From NCBI GenBank assembly GCA_951406725.2, contig OX597822.1:107198001-107262000 (forward strand): a stretch of DNA of 64,000 nt. The letters are read 5' to 3'. Position numbers and translations under genes: made by a program. Of this stretch, positions 1-13,167 are shown piece after piece (position 1 is the stretch's first letter; each line of letters begins with the position of its first letter). This DNA comes from Octopus vulgaris. Taxonomy: Eukaryota. The notes beneath the pieces were generated by a model. The model had not been told where the DNA came from and searched no databases. It worked only from the letters and a program-made list of their open reading frames with translations.

Positions 1-759
1 AAATCGAAATAGACAACAATGTAATTGAATTTAACGATAACATGAGACTGATATTGACGAATTGAAAGTTCAAGTTATCAAGGCTGGAGTTAATAATGTC
101 GAATTCTAGGGGTGAATTATTTTATATGTCCCTCGATATATCAAGCTGTGTCTCTTCGACAATACCGGTTTCTCTATATGCAAATGCAAAGAAGATAACA
201 AAGATTACGATAGGAAATCATATTAAAGAAACTGGATATCTGAAAATTCGTTTTCGGTTTGGAATATTTGTGTTCTATAATTAACGGGGAAGGGAAATGG
301 AACAGGTGACATTCAGGCGTTTCCCAAGGATATATATTGTAGAAAGGAACTAATTTTGCATAAGCCAGTAAATATATTGAATATAACTGATTTTATATAA
401 GCCAGTAATTCAAGCGGAATCGTATTTTGAAGTATGTCTCGGTACTGGCTTCTCATACGTTTGTCGTTTGAGATGTGCTATTATCATTTAAATCGTTTTG
501 GAGTTAGTTTAGAGCAAATCAACTCATTAACATAATCATCAAGGATAATATATCTATTAGAAAAAAATTATGAACCAATAGAAATAATTATGAACCAATA
601 GAAATAATAAATATTTGTGAATCCTCAGTAACCGCGGGCTTCGAGAAAACTGAAGTATAAAGGTAATGAAATTCCAATGGCAGTGGGTGATACCATAACT
701 TCAGTGGCTCGTTGGGAAGCGCAGGAAGTTCGGCTTATATATGATGCTTCAGATGGTGA

Positions 760-1060
760 GTATATAGGTACACTGCAAAATAATTTCTTTTCCTCAACAG
801 GCCCTGCCCTGTTTAACATTGTCGCGAAAGAGATCAAGGAGGAAAAGTATCCCATCAACTTTAAACGGAGTCTGGACAGATTTCTTCAAAGAATACCGGA
901 TAAGCCACCCTTACCTGGATACAACTCACTCAACAAAAATTCTCTACTTGAATGGACCATAAACAAAACTTGACTTAAACAGGATTTTGATAATACTATC
1001 AGGTTGTGCTATTAGGTTAGACATGGCCTGGACCAATCTTTGGTCGAAACATATCTAAAT
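760..1060 (+). mobile_element. 3' end fragment of a CR1-group LINE
   Basis: The ORF tail FFSSTGPALFNIVAKEIK...FKRSLDRFLQRIPDKPPLPGY...NSLLEW is typical of CR1-type ORF2 C-termini. It is followed by a CATGGCC-hairpin-GAAAC 3' motif at 1022-1050. Confidence 0.75.
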
Positions 1061-1821
1061 TTTAAATAAGTTTTATACTATCGTAGCTTTCCATCGTGTT
1101 CACTGTCTCCAGTTAAACTCGGACTCAGTTCTTGTTCGCGAAACACTCATAAATGCCTCCGATACATTCACTATTCAAACCCTTATTAGAGTTAGGCAAA
1201 AACAGGCATAAAGCTTAAGTGTCTTTTTCAAGAGTCACGTTCAAAATAAGAGATGATACATGGACCTTTTAAGTTTCATGTAACTCTGTCGATATGGCCA
1301 TCGATATTTTTCGATTTTCTTTACTAAACGGAATGTCATACATTTTCAATTAAGAAGTGCTTACATTTATACCGTTCTATATCTGTGGTCTAACCCTCAG
1401 AAACTCAAGTGATATGAAAATGCTTTAGAGCAACATAGGACATCTGCATAGTTTTGATAGACATGTTTATTTTCAGGTGAAAGAGCAAGGAATAAATACA
1501 CGAGTCACTAGATCCGTAAACTGCAGAATGTAATTTCGTATGTCGATGTTGGCACTGCATAAGGCTGACTTGACATTTATGTTAAGCTTTCGAGTTAATA
1601 AATATATATGAAACATACATTTATGAGATACTAATACGGTTACCAGGTTTTTTGTGGTACTGGAATCTCTATATCTCGTATGAAATATTTGTCAAGCATT
1701 TAATTATGTTTGCCTTACATACGACTGTGAAACGATAGTAAACGGGTATATAATCTGTTATAATGAGCAGCTATTTAATATCAACAGTAATTATTGTGTA
1801 AGGGTTACTCTTTTTTTCGCT

Positions 1822-2033
1822 TTTACTATTTTACACCTTTCAGTCATTTGACTGCGACCATGCTGGAGCACCGCCTTTTAGTCGTGAAAGTCGACCCCGT
1901 GACTTATTCTTTGTAAGCCTAGTACTTATTCTATCGGTCTCTTTTGCCGAACCGCTAAGTTACAGGGACGTAAACACATCACCATCGGTTGTCAAGCGAT
2001 GTTGTGGGGACACACAAAGACCCACAAACATAT

Positions 2034-2066
<33 letters not shown>

Positions 2067-2078
2067 TACATATATATA

Positions 2079-2148
<70 letters not shown>

Positions 2149-2320
2149 CTCATATACATATATACGACGGGCTTCTTTCCGTTTCCGTCTACCAAATCCA
2201 CTCAGAAGGCTTTTGTCGGCCCTAGACTATAGTTGAAGACACTTGCCCAAGGTATCACGCAGTGGGAATGAACCCGAAACCATGTGGTTGGTAAGCATGC
2301 TACTTACCACACAACCACTT
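1822..2320 (-). mobile_element. SINE family A copy (tRNA-like head, CORE-like segment, internal microsatellite, LINE-like tail)
   Basis: Colinear with the copies at 9506-9908, 34350-34762 and 47086-47475. Confidence 0.9.
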
Positions 2321-2740
2321 ATTAAATATACTCGACAGATATTGATCTTCCAGCATCTGCTTGGTATTTAGTTTGTTGCGCCAATGCCAAACATCTGACA
2401 ATACATCTGCCAGAGTACACAAAACAGTGTATCAGCCAATAACCACCATTTGTATCTATGGGTTCAAATACTGCTAATGAGGACCGGCGAATTGTTTAAA
2501 TTCCGTGAGGTATAACATTAGAATGAAAAACAAACGTTATGGAGAGTAACCCAAGTTTGGAGCACAAATGATAAGTAAATATCAAACAAGTTGTAGGAAA
2601 AACTAAGTTCGGCCTCATGCTTGACTAAACTTGGAAGATGTGACCAAACATGTGCTGTAAATTCTCTGGCCTGGTTTTTTGACTTTAGAATGAATGGTAT
2701 ACTTACTTATATACACAGAGGAAATAGTCACATAAATAGT

Positions 2741-2796
<56 letters not shown>

Positions 2797-3599
2797 ATGT
2801 ATGTGTGTGTGTGTATGCATATATTTCTATATGTCATGTATACAAACAGATGAGATAGTTACGGCATAAATGCTTTTAATGACAGTTCTGCTCGAGCGGA
2901 GCTTGTCCTAAATTACAGCGACAATCACAAAATCTTCGCTAACAAGGGATGCTTTATCGCGTTCGCACAACCTGCTACAAATAGTAGCTAAATCCCCCAC
3001 TAATCACGTCTGGCTATCTTAAATATAGATTGATATATTCTACAATGTATTTCCTAATTTCCTAATATTCATAAATAGACTTTAAGTTGTTATGATCCCA
3101 GGACTCATTAGCCCGATATGAATGGCTTATATGTGACTAAAATTGCAACACCCCCCCTCTGATTGGGAAAACGGCCCTTTCGGGATTGAGGTAAGGTGAA
3201 ATTAAATGTTTCGCTCAAGAACACAATGGCCCAAGCATCACGAATCGTAAATATGCATTGTTCGTTCATCAGTCAATTGAATCAGCCGGAACGGGACATA
3301 CGTGAGGAGTGAATCAGATCGACCTAACTTACACAGTCATATATTTTCTAATTATACTAATTATAACGCAATCAGTAGAAAGATTAATAAACAAAATACC
3401 TCCTGGTGTAATTTCAAGATATAGAAAAATGCCCATTACATGCTCACTGCAAAATTATATAAGTATATAAGTGCTCAGTCTTAGACAGGCTCCAAAACTA
3501 CAGTATGGTTTATATTGGAGCTATTAAAAATTTTAAGAAAATATACGCAGTGCCTTTAAATTCGTTTACACACACACACACACACACACAAACATAATA

Positions 3600-4500
3600 A
3601 TTTGACTTCTCTGGCTGAACACATGCACTACCTTAGGAAAAAAGAACACACCATAGGATATAATTTGGTCCCTCATTGATTCTGATTCTCCATACCAGGG
3701 CCAAAATACTCCATATTGGTATGTTTGAAGGAACCTATGCATATACTGTCCCATAACCTAGCACAGCTTTTAAATAAGCATCACGTGGCATTCTCTAATT
3801 CCGTTCATAAATTCTTTAAAACTTCCAAATTTTACAACACAAATCTAGGTGCAGCAGGTCAACTAACCGTACATAGCTACCTACCAGTTTATTTTCTATG
3901 ATATATAGTTCAGATATGGTTTAGGCCCACTTAATTAATTGGTTTATTAATCTATCACCATATTTGTTTATTCTAATTTATTCATTTCTTCATAGAATTT
4001 TTTCACAGATTCTTGCCCACTCATATCCAATAATTCATACTTATACACCTCACCTGGCTTATAGCTGGTGTAATAGTTGCTCAGTTGCAACAAAGTTATT
4101 GAATAACTAACGTCAAATGGTTGCTGTCTTATAATTTATTTCACACCTATTATAATGAAAGACTAGTTAAACTAAATTCATATACTTACATTACCAGATT
4201 TCTTTACTCAACAATTGTAGTCATAACAGTATATATTATTCATTATTAATTAGTTGATTTCATCGTTATGCGTTAGAATCTCTACTCTAACTTAATGAAA
4301 AGATATATTTTATGTATTATTTATTTACTTACTACCAATAAACTTCCACTTTCAGTAATACATCATACACGTCTATAGCTATCGCCTCTACAACCAACTG
4401 AAAATTAACTCTTCCCCCACCGTCTACCATATTAGATTCATTGTACAGATGAGCTTTAGTTTGAGAAATCCATTTATCCTATTTCACCTTAATATTCAGC
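3600..4500 (-). pseudogene. Possible highly decayed Penelope-like RT relic
   Basis: Long, near-open minus-strand frame with a PAAPRF...KIWK segment loosely resembling the Penelope PRFYGLPKIHK motif. It has stops and frameshifts. Confidence 0.3.
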
Positions 4501-4772
4501 TCTTTAACATTAATCCCACCTACCTTGCCCTCTCTGGCGCGTATATATCTGTATATATATTCCCATATATGTATACATAAATACCCCTTTATTCATGTAT
4601 AGGTACATACCAGCGTACACTTGTGTATCCTTGTGTATCGGAGATTTAAATAAGAGTTTTGACTGTTATTTCCAGCAGATAGACATACTTAGAATGTCCT
4701 TTGATTAATTTTAATCCTTCAGCTATTTAATGATTTTGGGGTCTGCAATCACCTATATTATTGTTTATATTA

Positions 4773-5050
4773 TTCTTTTTCTTTTAGTTTCAGCTGAGAG
4801 CTGCGGCCATGCTGATGCACCGCCGTTTTGTGCTACACTGTTTGTACTAAGAGCCTCCTCTAATATGTGGCACTTAGTGAAGAATGAAGTTTGATATAGT
4901 TACCTTCATTTGCACCTCTTGCCGTGAGGTAGGTTCATCTGGGACTCTGGAGGTCCAACTTTGATTTAAAAACCGCTACATCTACTTTGTGCAAGTTCCT
5001 CAGACTCTTTGGGAGAATATTAAAAAGCTGTGGGCCCTTGAAACCTAGGT
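4773..5050 (-). mobile_element. 3' end fragment of a CR1-group LINE (same family as 32267-32770)
   Basis: Minus strand reads LGFKGPQLFNILPKSLRNLHKVDVAVFKSKLDL..VPDEPTSRQE, then GGCGGTGCATCAGCATGGCCGCAGCTCTCAGCTGAAAC. Confidence 0.85.
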
Positions 5051-5149
5051 ATTTTTAATTGTTACATTAGATAATAACAGAGTTACTAATATCTTCTCAA
5101 ATATTTTCTCCTGGATTATTTGCTCCGTATATATAATATATATACATAT

Positions 5150-5194
<45 letters not shown>

Positions 5195-5196
<2 letters not shown>

Positions 5197-5422
5197 GGAG
5201 TAAACACATAAATGTGAAGTAAGGTGGAAAAAAGAGTACTCAAATACCAGTAGTAGAGTAATATGCTTTATTGAAACAGCAGAAAATTCAACAAAACCTG
5301 TTACTCTGAGTTTTAATTTGCCGTTTATCGGACAGTTTTTGCTAGAAAAAACTGTCCGATGAACGGCAACGTGAGACTCAGAGTAACAGGTTTTGTTGAA
5401 TTTTCTGCTGCTTTAAATAAAG

Positions 5423-5427
<5 letters not shown>
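5195..5427. mobile_element. Microsatellite-embedded element with an internal inverted repeat (5261-5427); Penelope-type terminal-repeat-like remnant
   Basis: Arms of about 80 bp surround gctag at 5341-5345. Each arm holds a hammerhead-like motif. AATAAA lies at 5416-5421, and (TA)n flanks both sides. Confidence 0.75.
5352..5389 (+). ncRNA. Minimal type-I hammerhead-like motif (decayed; mirror copy at 5298-5335 on minus)
   Basis: CTGT-CCGATGA-ACG(GCAA)CGT-GAGAC-TCAGA-GTA-ACAG gives stem I CTGT/ACAG, a GNRA-capped stem II and a GUA cleavage triplet. This copy has GAGAC for GAAAC; the mirror copy has different lesions. Confidence 0.65.
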
Positions 5428-5490
<63 letters not shown>

Positions 5491-5499
5491 AAATGGGGT

Positions 5500-6504
5500 A
5501 ATATCTATTCTTCAGTTTAGTAAATACTTGCAAAGATTTGAAGGTTTACTATTCTTGTTATTTGCTTACTACGTCATCGATATTAAAACAATTGAGAAAA
5601 TAGTAATTATGCACTACGTCATCAATATTTAGCAGGCCCTTTAAATTCTTGGTGAGGGAACCGCGTGTCTGATTAAACATGTAAGTGCTAATACTTGTAG
5701 TTCTATTGTCTTTTAATTAGCAAGGTGTATATAATTAGTTAATTAATTAAGTACTTTTATTATTTCCTATTTACTGAAAATTAAGTTTATATTAGTCACT
5801 AGCAATTTTATATTATAACTTGTAGTGGTGATATATTAATGAGTATGAAGTGTTTTATTATTAACTTTTGAATAATAAAATAATGTATTTCACTCATAAA
5901 AATATTAGTTAAATTAATTTAGATCGTGTTTTGTTTTGGAAAATTTTTATAAGGCATGAATTTCTATTATAATAGTATTTATGGAAGACCGGTGGGATTA
6001 TTATTTATATGGACTTAAAACTGATCGCAATTTAGCATATAATCTAGTTATTACAATTTACTATTAATACCGATACAATGTACATTGGTTTATATGTCTC
6101 TTTGTTGTAGTTTTATTAAAGTTAGTTTTTAATCGTGTCTATATATTGATTGGTTAAAATAATGTGTGGTTATTAAGCTTTTACTTTTATATTACATTAC
6201 GGAAGGCAGTAGGGATTATAAATATAGTATGACTTAATAGAGTTGTCGCTGTTTAGTTACGTATTAAGGAGTGATTGTAATTCAATTATTGAATTTATTT
6301 ATCGATACGTTGCACATAGGGAAAATGTGTTTGAAAGTTGTGGTTCCTTTAGTTTGTTTGTTCCTAAACAACACTTATTTTAATGTTGTTGACACTGCCA
6401 GATTGAATGGTGTCGAAACCATAATGATATCCGTGGGGCAGCTGATGATGGAGTTATGTTAGACTTTTGGTATGGCTGATGAATAGTATTATAACACATC
6501 CTTT

Positions 6505-6505
<1 letters not shown>
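5500..6505 (-). pseudogene. Decayed Penelope-like element (C-terminal region)
   Basis: Minus strand ISLWF/TPFNLAVSTTLK...HFP resembles the Penelope IIWFNPPFS.NV.T...KHFP segment. It has many stops. Confidence 0.5.
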
Positions 6506-6543
<38 letters not shown>

Positions 6544-6548
6544 GCAAG

Positions 6549-6594
<46 letters not shown>

Positions 6595-6852
6595 CACAGT
6601 ATATATTTTTTATGTTGTACTATTAGTTTCATGCCATGAAAGCATGCCAGACAGTATATTTAACAGCGCAAACGTCAGGCCATGTGTGAAGTACCTGAAC
6701 TTTGCACAGAATATCAACTAATATCAACGCATAAAAACATATATTGTGTTTATCAAATAATACTTACCTCAAACCATAAGGAGTACTTGATTGTCAATTC
6801 TACAATCATGGAACAGTACACCAAACACACACACACATACACACACACACAT

Positions 6853-6905
<53 letters not shown>

Positions 6906-7930
6906 CATCCCATTAACTACATTATTGTATTCCCTTTCATTACTATCAGCTTGTAATTATCTCCCCCACCCAAGGGATTCCCTACTCTGTCTGCTCTTCA
7001 TTTTGTCATATACTGTCTAAAGACATTCCACTCATAACTACCTCAATTTCATTTTTAACAATTGAACTAGCAACGTCTACCATTTTTTACCAAAGGATTT
7101 TCTATGATACTTGAACAAAGGTTCTACTAACTGATACTATCCACTATTATGGATCTCCATATTCTTTTGATCATGTATCTACCAACCAATACATTCTTTG
7201 ATTCCTTAATCCATCAATGAACAAGTAACCAATATTATCCTGGATTAACGATATTCCTTATTTCTCTCTCTCCGTTGACGAAATAACTGGCTGACATTTA
7301 AATCTATACTCAATGATATTAGATCCACTTCCTACTCTTTTCTAGAAACACTTGTAAGGCAGGTAACCTATTTATTATAACAACGCCGCACTATGTTTAA
7401 ATAAAAAATCATATGCTTTAAATTATAAATTAAATTTTCTAAATTGATATCATATGATTTGCTTGTTAATTATCTGCTTGTAATGTATTATATCCTCGCT
7501 CAAGGACGAAACACTTTTAACCGTCTTCGACAGGGAACTTTAATTCTGTCTTTTCTGAGTTGCATTTCAATTAAGGGTAGAGCATAAGTGGCCATTAATA
7601 GTACATTGCTGTTTCTTTACGTCATCAGATGTAAACTCTTTTTACATACTATATATACGTATGTATATATGTGTGTCTATGAATATATGTACTAACACGC
7701 GCGCGCGCACACACACACATACGTATATATGTGCCCGTACATACATGCACAAGACAAATAGTCATTAGTGCATGGAGAAGGAGATAGATAAAATATGGAA
7801 GGCATACAAATGTAGACACGACTCGAGAGAGAAGGAGAAATAAAGGCGGAGAGTGTCAGAGAAACAGCCATACATATGTCGATAGACAAATATAGAATAG
7901 GAACTATGTCACAGTTATATACAGACATGT

Positions 7931-7961
<31 letters not shown>

Positions 7962-8055
7962 CGTTATGTGTGTGTGTGTATGTGTGTGTGTGCGTTTGTG
8001 TGTGTGTGTTTGTGTGTGTGCATATATATCTACCTATCTATGCATACATATATAC

Positions 8056-8115
<60 letters not shown>

Positions 8116-8544
8116 ATGTATATACATCTAGGATATCATGACATCAGGCGAAGTAGTGTAAGTGCGAAAAAAAAGCACGAATTAAATAAAAACTAATTAA
8201 AATATTAGGAACTGATGTTTCAAGGTCTTTTCTGAGATACAAACATGCAAAAGTATTCGCACACACACACACAAACACAAAAACACACACACACAGATAC
8301 ATACACACACACTCACATTTCACCACGAGCACCAGCTCATGAAATCTGCAGAAATTTTTTAGTTTGGCAGAACGCCAGCAATATTGAAAGGAAAGTCCTT
8401 TGTATCAACTTCACTACTTGACTGGTACGCTATTTTATCGATCCCGAGATGAGAAACGACACAACTGACCGCGTTGCTTTGCAATAAATCGGAAGAAATA
8501 CCAATAATCCTTTCCACAATATGGGAAGACATGTAATTTTAGGG

Positions 8545-8920
8545 GAGGGGAATAGTTAATTATATCGCCTCCAGTGCTCAATTGGCATTTTATCATAACG
8601 ACCCCGAAAAGATGAAAAGAAAACTTGACCTCGGCGGAATTTAAATTTAGAACGTAAGGATTGACGAAATGCTACCAATCATTTTGTTTGGTGTGCTAAT
8701 GAATCTGCCCGATCGCTTTATGATAAATATTCTTTCCTACTCTACGTATAAGGCCCAACATTTTGGGGAGGGGGCCAGTCGATTAGGTCGGTTTAATTTA
8801 TCGATCCCGAAAGGATGAAAGGCAAAGTCGATCTCGGAGGAATTTGAACTCAGAACGTAAAGACAAACGAAATCGAACTAATCATTTTGTCTGGCTCGCT
8901 AATGATTCTAACTGATCGTT
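8545..8920 (-). mobile_element. Two diverged SINE family B copies
   Basis: The core gaccccgaaaggatgaaaggcaaagtcgacctcggcggaatttgaactcagaacg is recognisable twice. Confidence 0.75.
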
Positions 8921-8924
8921 TTAT

Positions 8925-9312
8925 TACTCTTACTCTTTTACACGTTTCAGTCATGTGACTGTGGCCATGCTGGAACACTGCCTTTAGTCGAGCAAATCGA
9001 CCCCAGCACTTATTCTTTGCAAGCCTAGTACTTATTGTATCACTCTCTTTTGCCGACGTAAGCACACCAGCATCGGTTGTCAAGCGATGTTGGGGGGGGG
9101 GGGGACAAACACAGACACACAAACACACATATATATATATATATATACGACGAGCTTCTTTTAGTTTCCGTCTACCAAATCCACTTACAAGGGTTTGGTC
9201 GGCCCGAGGCTATAGTAGAAAACACTTACCCAAGGTGCTACGCAGTGGGGCTGAACCCGGAACCATGTGATTCGTAAGCTAGCTACTTACTACACTGCCA
9301 CTCCTACGCCTA
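8925..9312 (-). mobile_element. SINE family A copy
   Basis: Colinear with other family A copies, with an internal deletion. Confidence 0.88.
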
Positions 9313-9505
9313 TTGATAATAATGGTTTAAAATTTTGGAATAAAACCAGCAATTTCAGGAAGGGGATAAATCGATTACATTTCTCATAGTACTTTTCGAC
9401 TAAAGCGAAATTTGAACTCACAACATGAATGCAGACGAAATGCTGCTAAACATTTGCTCGGCGTGCTAATGATTCTACCAGCTCGCCGCTTTAATGGAAA
9501 TAATA

Positions 9506-9908
9506 CTCTTTTACTTGTTTCAGTCATTTGACTGCGGCCATGCTGGAGCACCGCCTTTTAGTCGAGCAACTCGACCCCAGGACTTATTCTTTTTGTAAGC
9601 CCAGTACTTATTCTATCGGTTTGATTTTGCCGAACCGCTAAGTGACGGGGACGTAAACACACCAGCATCGGTTGTCAAGCAATGCTAGGGGAACAAACAC
9701 AGACACACAAACACACACGCATACATCTATATATATATATACATATATACGACAGGCTTCTTTCAGTTTCCGTCTACCAAATCCACTCACAAGGCATTGC
9801 TCGGCCCGGGGCTATAGCAGAAGACACTTGCCCAATATGCCACGCAGTGGGACTGAACCCGGAACCATATGGTTGGTTAGCAAGCTACTTACCACGCAGC
9901 CACTCCTA
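9506..9908 (-). mobile_element. SINE family A copy
   Basis: Near full length and highly similar to the reverse complement of 47086-47475. Confidence 0.92.
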
Positions 9909-10079
9909 TTATATAATTATAATATACACACTACGTATTCGTACACACAAGCACACAGACATATTTGCTGAGCACCCTGAGAGTAGTTCTACTGTGCTTG
10001 TAAAGGGGATTTTTGCTGCTGTTTCTATAAGCTGTCTCTTTGTTCCGGTTGCTTTATATAAAACTCCTGGTGAAATTTA

Positions 10080-10720
10080 CAATATGGTTTGAAAGAAACC
10101 CATCTTATTGTAAATCGGCTGATAATTCGGGAATGTTGCAAAAATTAGATGTTTCGAATGTTTTCAGGGATATAAATGTCTATTTGGCCACTCTACTGTG
10201 AAGGACATAACACACGTAACCAGCAGCGTGCGATCATCGACCTGTTGCCTCCCACTAAATCAAGGTGTTACTACTATAACCACATACATTGTCAGCTCCA
10301 GAAAATATTATTCAATCGCAAATTTAGATAACATATCTGCTATGGAATACATGCGAACCTAAGGAATGTTGTAGGAAGATTCCCATCAAATTTTCTACCT
10401 GGTGCAAACTTAAGGAACCTTACATGTTATTTGGATCAGAAGAGAAAAATATTACGTACACTTATAGAAGTAAGTTGCTCTGTAGATGTGAACATCTCTT
10501 CCAAAAGTAACGACAAAAAAATAGTTATTATGAAAGACTGTCTCGAAAACTGCATCTCATGTATCCTGGTTATAAATTTACATTCATACTAATAAGCCTG
10601 TGTACACTTAGTTCTATTATTAAATATGTCAGTGACGACCTGGAAAATCTAGGGTTTTTGAGCAAAGAATGAGAGTGGATAGCTGGCACATATTTTTACA
10701 GATATAACTCGTATGTGGAA
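10080..10720 (+). pseudogene. Possible decayed Penelope-like C-terminal relic
   Basis: IWFERNPSYCKS and SKLLCRCEH resemble the Penelope IWFNPPYSK and SELISKCRH motifs. Heavily mutated. Confidence 0.35.
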
Positions 10721-11004
10721 CAGTAAGAATACGTAAGTCTTATGGTTCCATTTGCCACAATTATCGTTATTAAGGTTCGATAAAACACAATTATTAACTT
10801 CTAGGAATAATAAAAAATATGATCCGTTGTCACATCTCTGTATTTTTTATAGCTTCATCAAAATGCTACACGGAGGTCACCTTCTGGATCCTTGTTACGA
10901 TCATCTTTATCCCTTCGGCACCAACCAGAAAACTATATGTGTGAGTGTGTGTGTCTGTGTGTGTGTGTGTATGTGTGTGTATGTGTGTGTGCGTGCATAT
11001 GTGC

Positions 11005-11343
<339 letters not shown>

Positions 11344-11430
11344 TATTAGAGACAAAACCACTATTTTGCAAAACAAACAAGGAAAGACTTAATCAATACA
11401 TAAAATTTTAATAAATAGTCAAAAAAACCG

Positions 11431-11473
11431 CCACTACAATTGTTTCTTGTCTTGATCGACAATCTTCAGGTGG
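11431..11473 (-). ncRNA. Minimal type-I hammerhead ribozyme motif, canonical core (sense to the receptor pre-mRNA)
   Basis: Minus strand reads CCAC-CTGAAGA-TTGTC(GATCAA)GACAA-GAAAC-AATT-GTA-GTGG. All core residues are present, and stem III is palindromic (ACAATTGT). Confidence 0.82.
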
Positions 11474-11516
11474 ACTTCCAATAAGTCAGTTTCAATGAAA
11501 CTGACTTATTGGAAGT

Positions 11517-11559
11517 CCACCTGAAGATTGTCGATCAAGACAAGAAACAATTGTAATGG
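11517..11559 (+). ncRNA. Mirror copy of the hammerhead motif
   Basis: CCAC-CTGAAGA-TTGTC(GATCAA)GACAA-GAAAC-AATT-GTA-ATGG has a C-A mismatch in the stem I pair next to the cleavage site. Confidence 0.72.
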
Positions 11560-11760
11560 CGGTTTTTTTGACTATTTATTAAAATTTTATGTATTGATTA
11601 AGTCTTTCCTTGTTTGTTTTGCAAAATAGTGGTTTTGTCTCTAATAATATTTTATAATATTTTACTATAAAATTGGATTTAATCCTAAATCTGATTTTTT
11701 CCCTGTAAATTTGGATTTATTCCCTAATATTTATTATTATATATATATATATATATATAT

Positions 11761-11826
11761 ATTCTTGCCCGAGGATCGCAGCGGCGTGAAACTGGATCGC
11801 GAGTGAAACTTTCACTTCAAATAAAC

Positions 11827-11879
<53 letters not shown>

Positions 11880-11965
11880 TATACACATACATTAGTTCTG
11901 TTTATTGAAGGTGAAAGTTTGCCTTGCGATCCAGTTTCACGCCGCTGCAATCTTCAGGAAGGAAT
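11761..11965. repeat. Tail-to-tail inverted repeat (arms 11761-11829 and 11897-11965) around (TA)n; each arm has a hammerhead-like motif followed by AATAAA
   Basis: Plus arm: CTTGC-CCGAGGA-TCGC(AGCG)GCGT-GAAAC-TGG-ATC-GCGAG. Minus arm: CCTTC-CTGAAGA-TTGC(AGCG)GCGT-GAAAC-TGG-ATC-GCAAGG. Stems II and III are imperfect. Confidence 0.7.
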
Positions 11966-12135
11966 TTAAACACGCACGTACACAAACGTGCGCGCACGTG
12001 TACACACGGACATAAGGCATAGAAACAATCTTCCTATGCACATACACATATATAGCATACATATAATACAAACCACCAGACATTTTGTGAATGTTATATG
12101 AATGTTAGATGCAATAAAATTAAAAGTTTTCTTAC

Positions 12136-12230
12136 CTCCAAATTGGGGTCTAAGTCGTATATCATATCCCTTAAGCAACGCTTTAATCGTATTCGTTGCG
12201 TTATCGAAGCGGGATGAAGTGCCATAGCTT
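12136..12230 (-). CDS. GABRB: Internal coding exon (95 nt, phase 2 to phase 1) of a GABA-A receptor beta / LCCH3-like Cys-loop ligand-gated chloride channel subunit, N-terminal extracellular region
   Basis: Minus strand reads ctctttgcag|A AGC TAT GGC...CAA TTT GGA G|gtaaga. It translates to SYGTSSRFDNATNTIKALLKGYDIRLRPQFG, matching the LLKGYDIRLRPxFGG signature of GABA-A beta/LCCH3 subunits. The phase-1 intron after FG matches my recollection of GABRB exon 2. The next expected exon was not found in 1-12135. Confidence 0.92.
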
Positions 12231-12487
12231 CTGCAAAGAGAAAGATCGATACATGAATATAAACATACACCATTATTATTATACTCATGCATAAAAATAT
12301 AATTATGTACACATGTATCATTTGAATGTGATATGCATGCTCGCTCCGCCACGAAACACATAAGTATGTCAGATATAAATATAATAGTCGGAGTATTTTT
12401 TTTTGACACTGGAAACGAGAAGGTCATTTAAGCCGGTTGTAGTAGTGCTCATACCATTCAAGCCTGTTGTAGTAGTACGCATACCAT

Positions 12488-12795
12488 GTGAAGACGCGTG
12501 GCTTAGTGGCTAGGGCATTCATGAGTTCGATTCCCGGCGACGCGTTGTGTCCTTGAGCGAGCGAGACACTTTATTTCACGCTGCTCCAGTCCACTCAGCT
12601 GGCAAACATGAGTTGCACCTGTATTTCAAAGGGCCGGCCTTGTCACACTTTGTGTCACGCTGAATTGCCCTGAGAACTACGTTAGGGGTACGCGTGTCTG
12701 TGGATTGCTCAGTGACTTGTACGTTAATTTCACGAGCAGGCTGTTCCGTTGATCGTGTCAGCCGTTACCCTCGTCGTCGTAACCGACTGAGTGCT
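12488..12795 (+). mobile_element. SINE family C copy (tRNA head plus CORE-like domain)
   Basis: A-box-like tggcttagtgg, B-box gagttcgattcc and core gtgtccttgagc..gacactt. Homologous to 28911-29240. Confidence 0.88.
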
Positions 12796-12867
12796 CCTAG
12801 TATTCATACCAAGATTTGGTTTATTCGATTGAACGCTAGATGAATTACGGACGTGAAGTTTTTTTGG

Positions 12868-13167
12868 GATTGCACCTAGAAAGTCACCCTCCCAGGCACA
12901 AGTCCGGGCAAGGTTGTTTATGGAAGACCAGCAGTTACCCATGCATACCAGCCACCCCTCTACACGCCACCAGCGTTATCCAAGGGAAAGGTAAAGGCCG
13001 GTACAGCTTGACACCAGTGACATTGCAACTCATTTCTACAGCTGAGTGAACTGGAGCAACGTGAAATGAAGTGTCTTGCTCAAGAACACAACACGCAGCC
13101 CGGATTCGAACTCACAATCTCACGATCGTAAGATCGACACTCTAACCACTGAGCCATGCGCCTTCAC
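12868..13167 (-). mobile_element. SINE family C-related copy (same head and core, different tail)
   Basis: Homologous to 52561-52895. It shares the core with 12488-12795 in inverted orientation. Confidence 0.88.

Noticed and set aside
4425-4500. ESNM|GT as the next receptor exon (expected ...SEV(N/D)M)
   Set aside because: The upstream residues do not match the expected IASFDSIS-like sequence.
11966-12427. 153-aa ORF as a complete gene
   Set aside because: Only 12136-12230 is receptor-like and it is bounded by canonical splice sites; the rest is intronic read-through.
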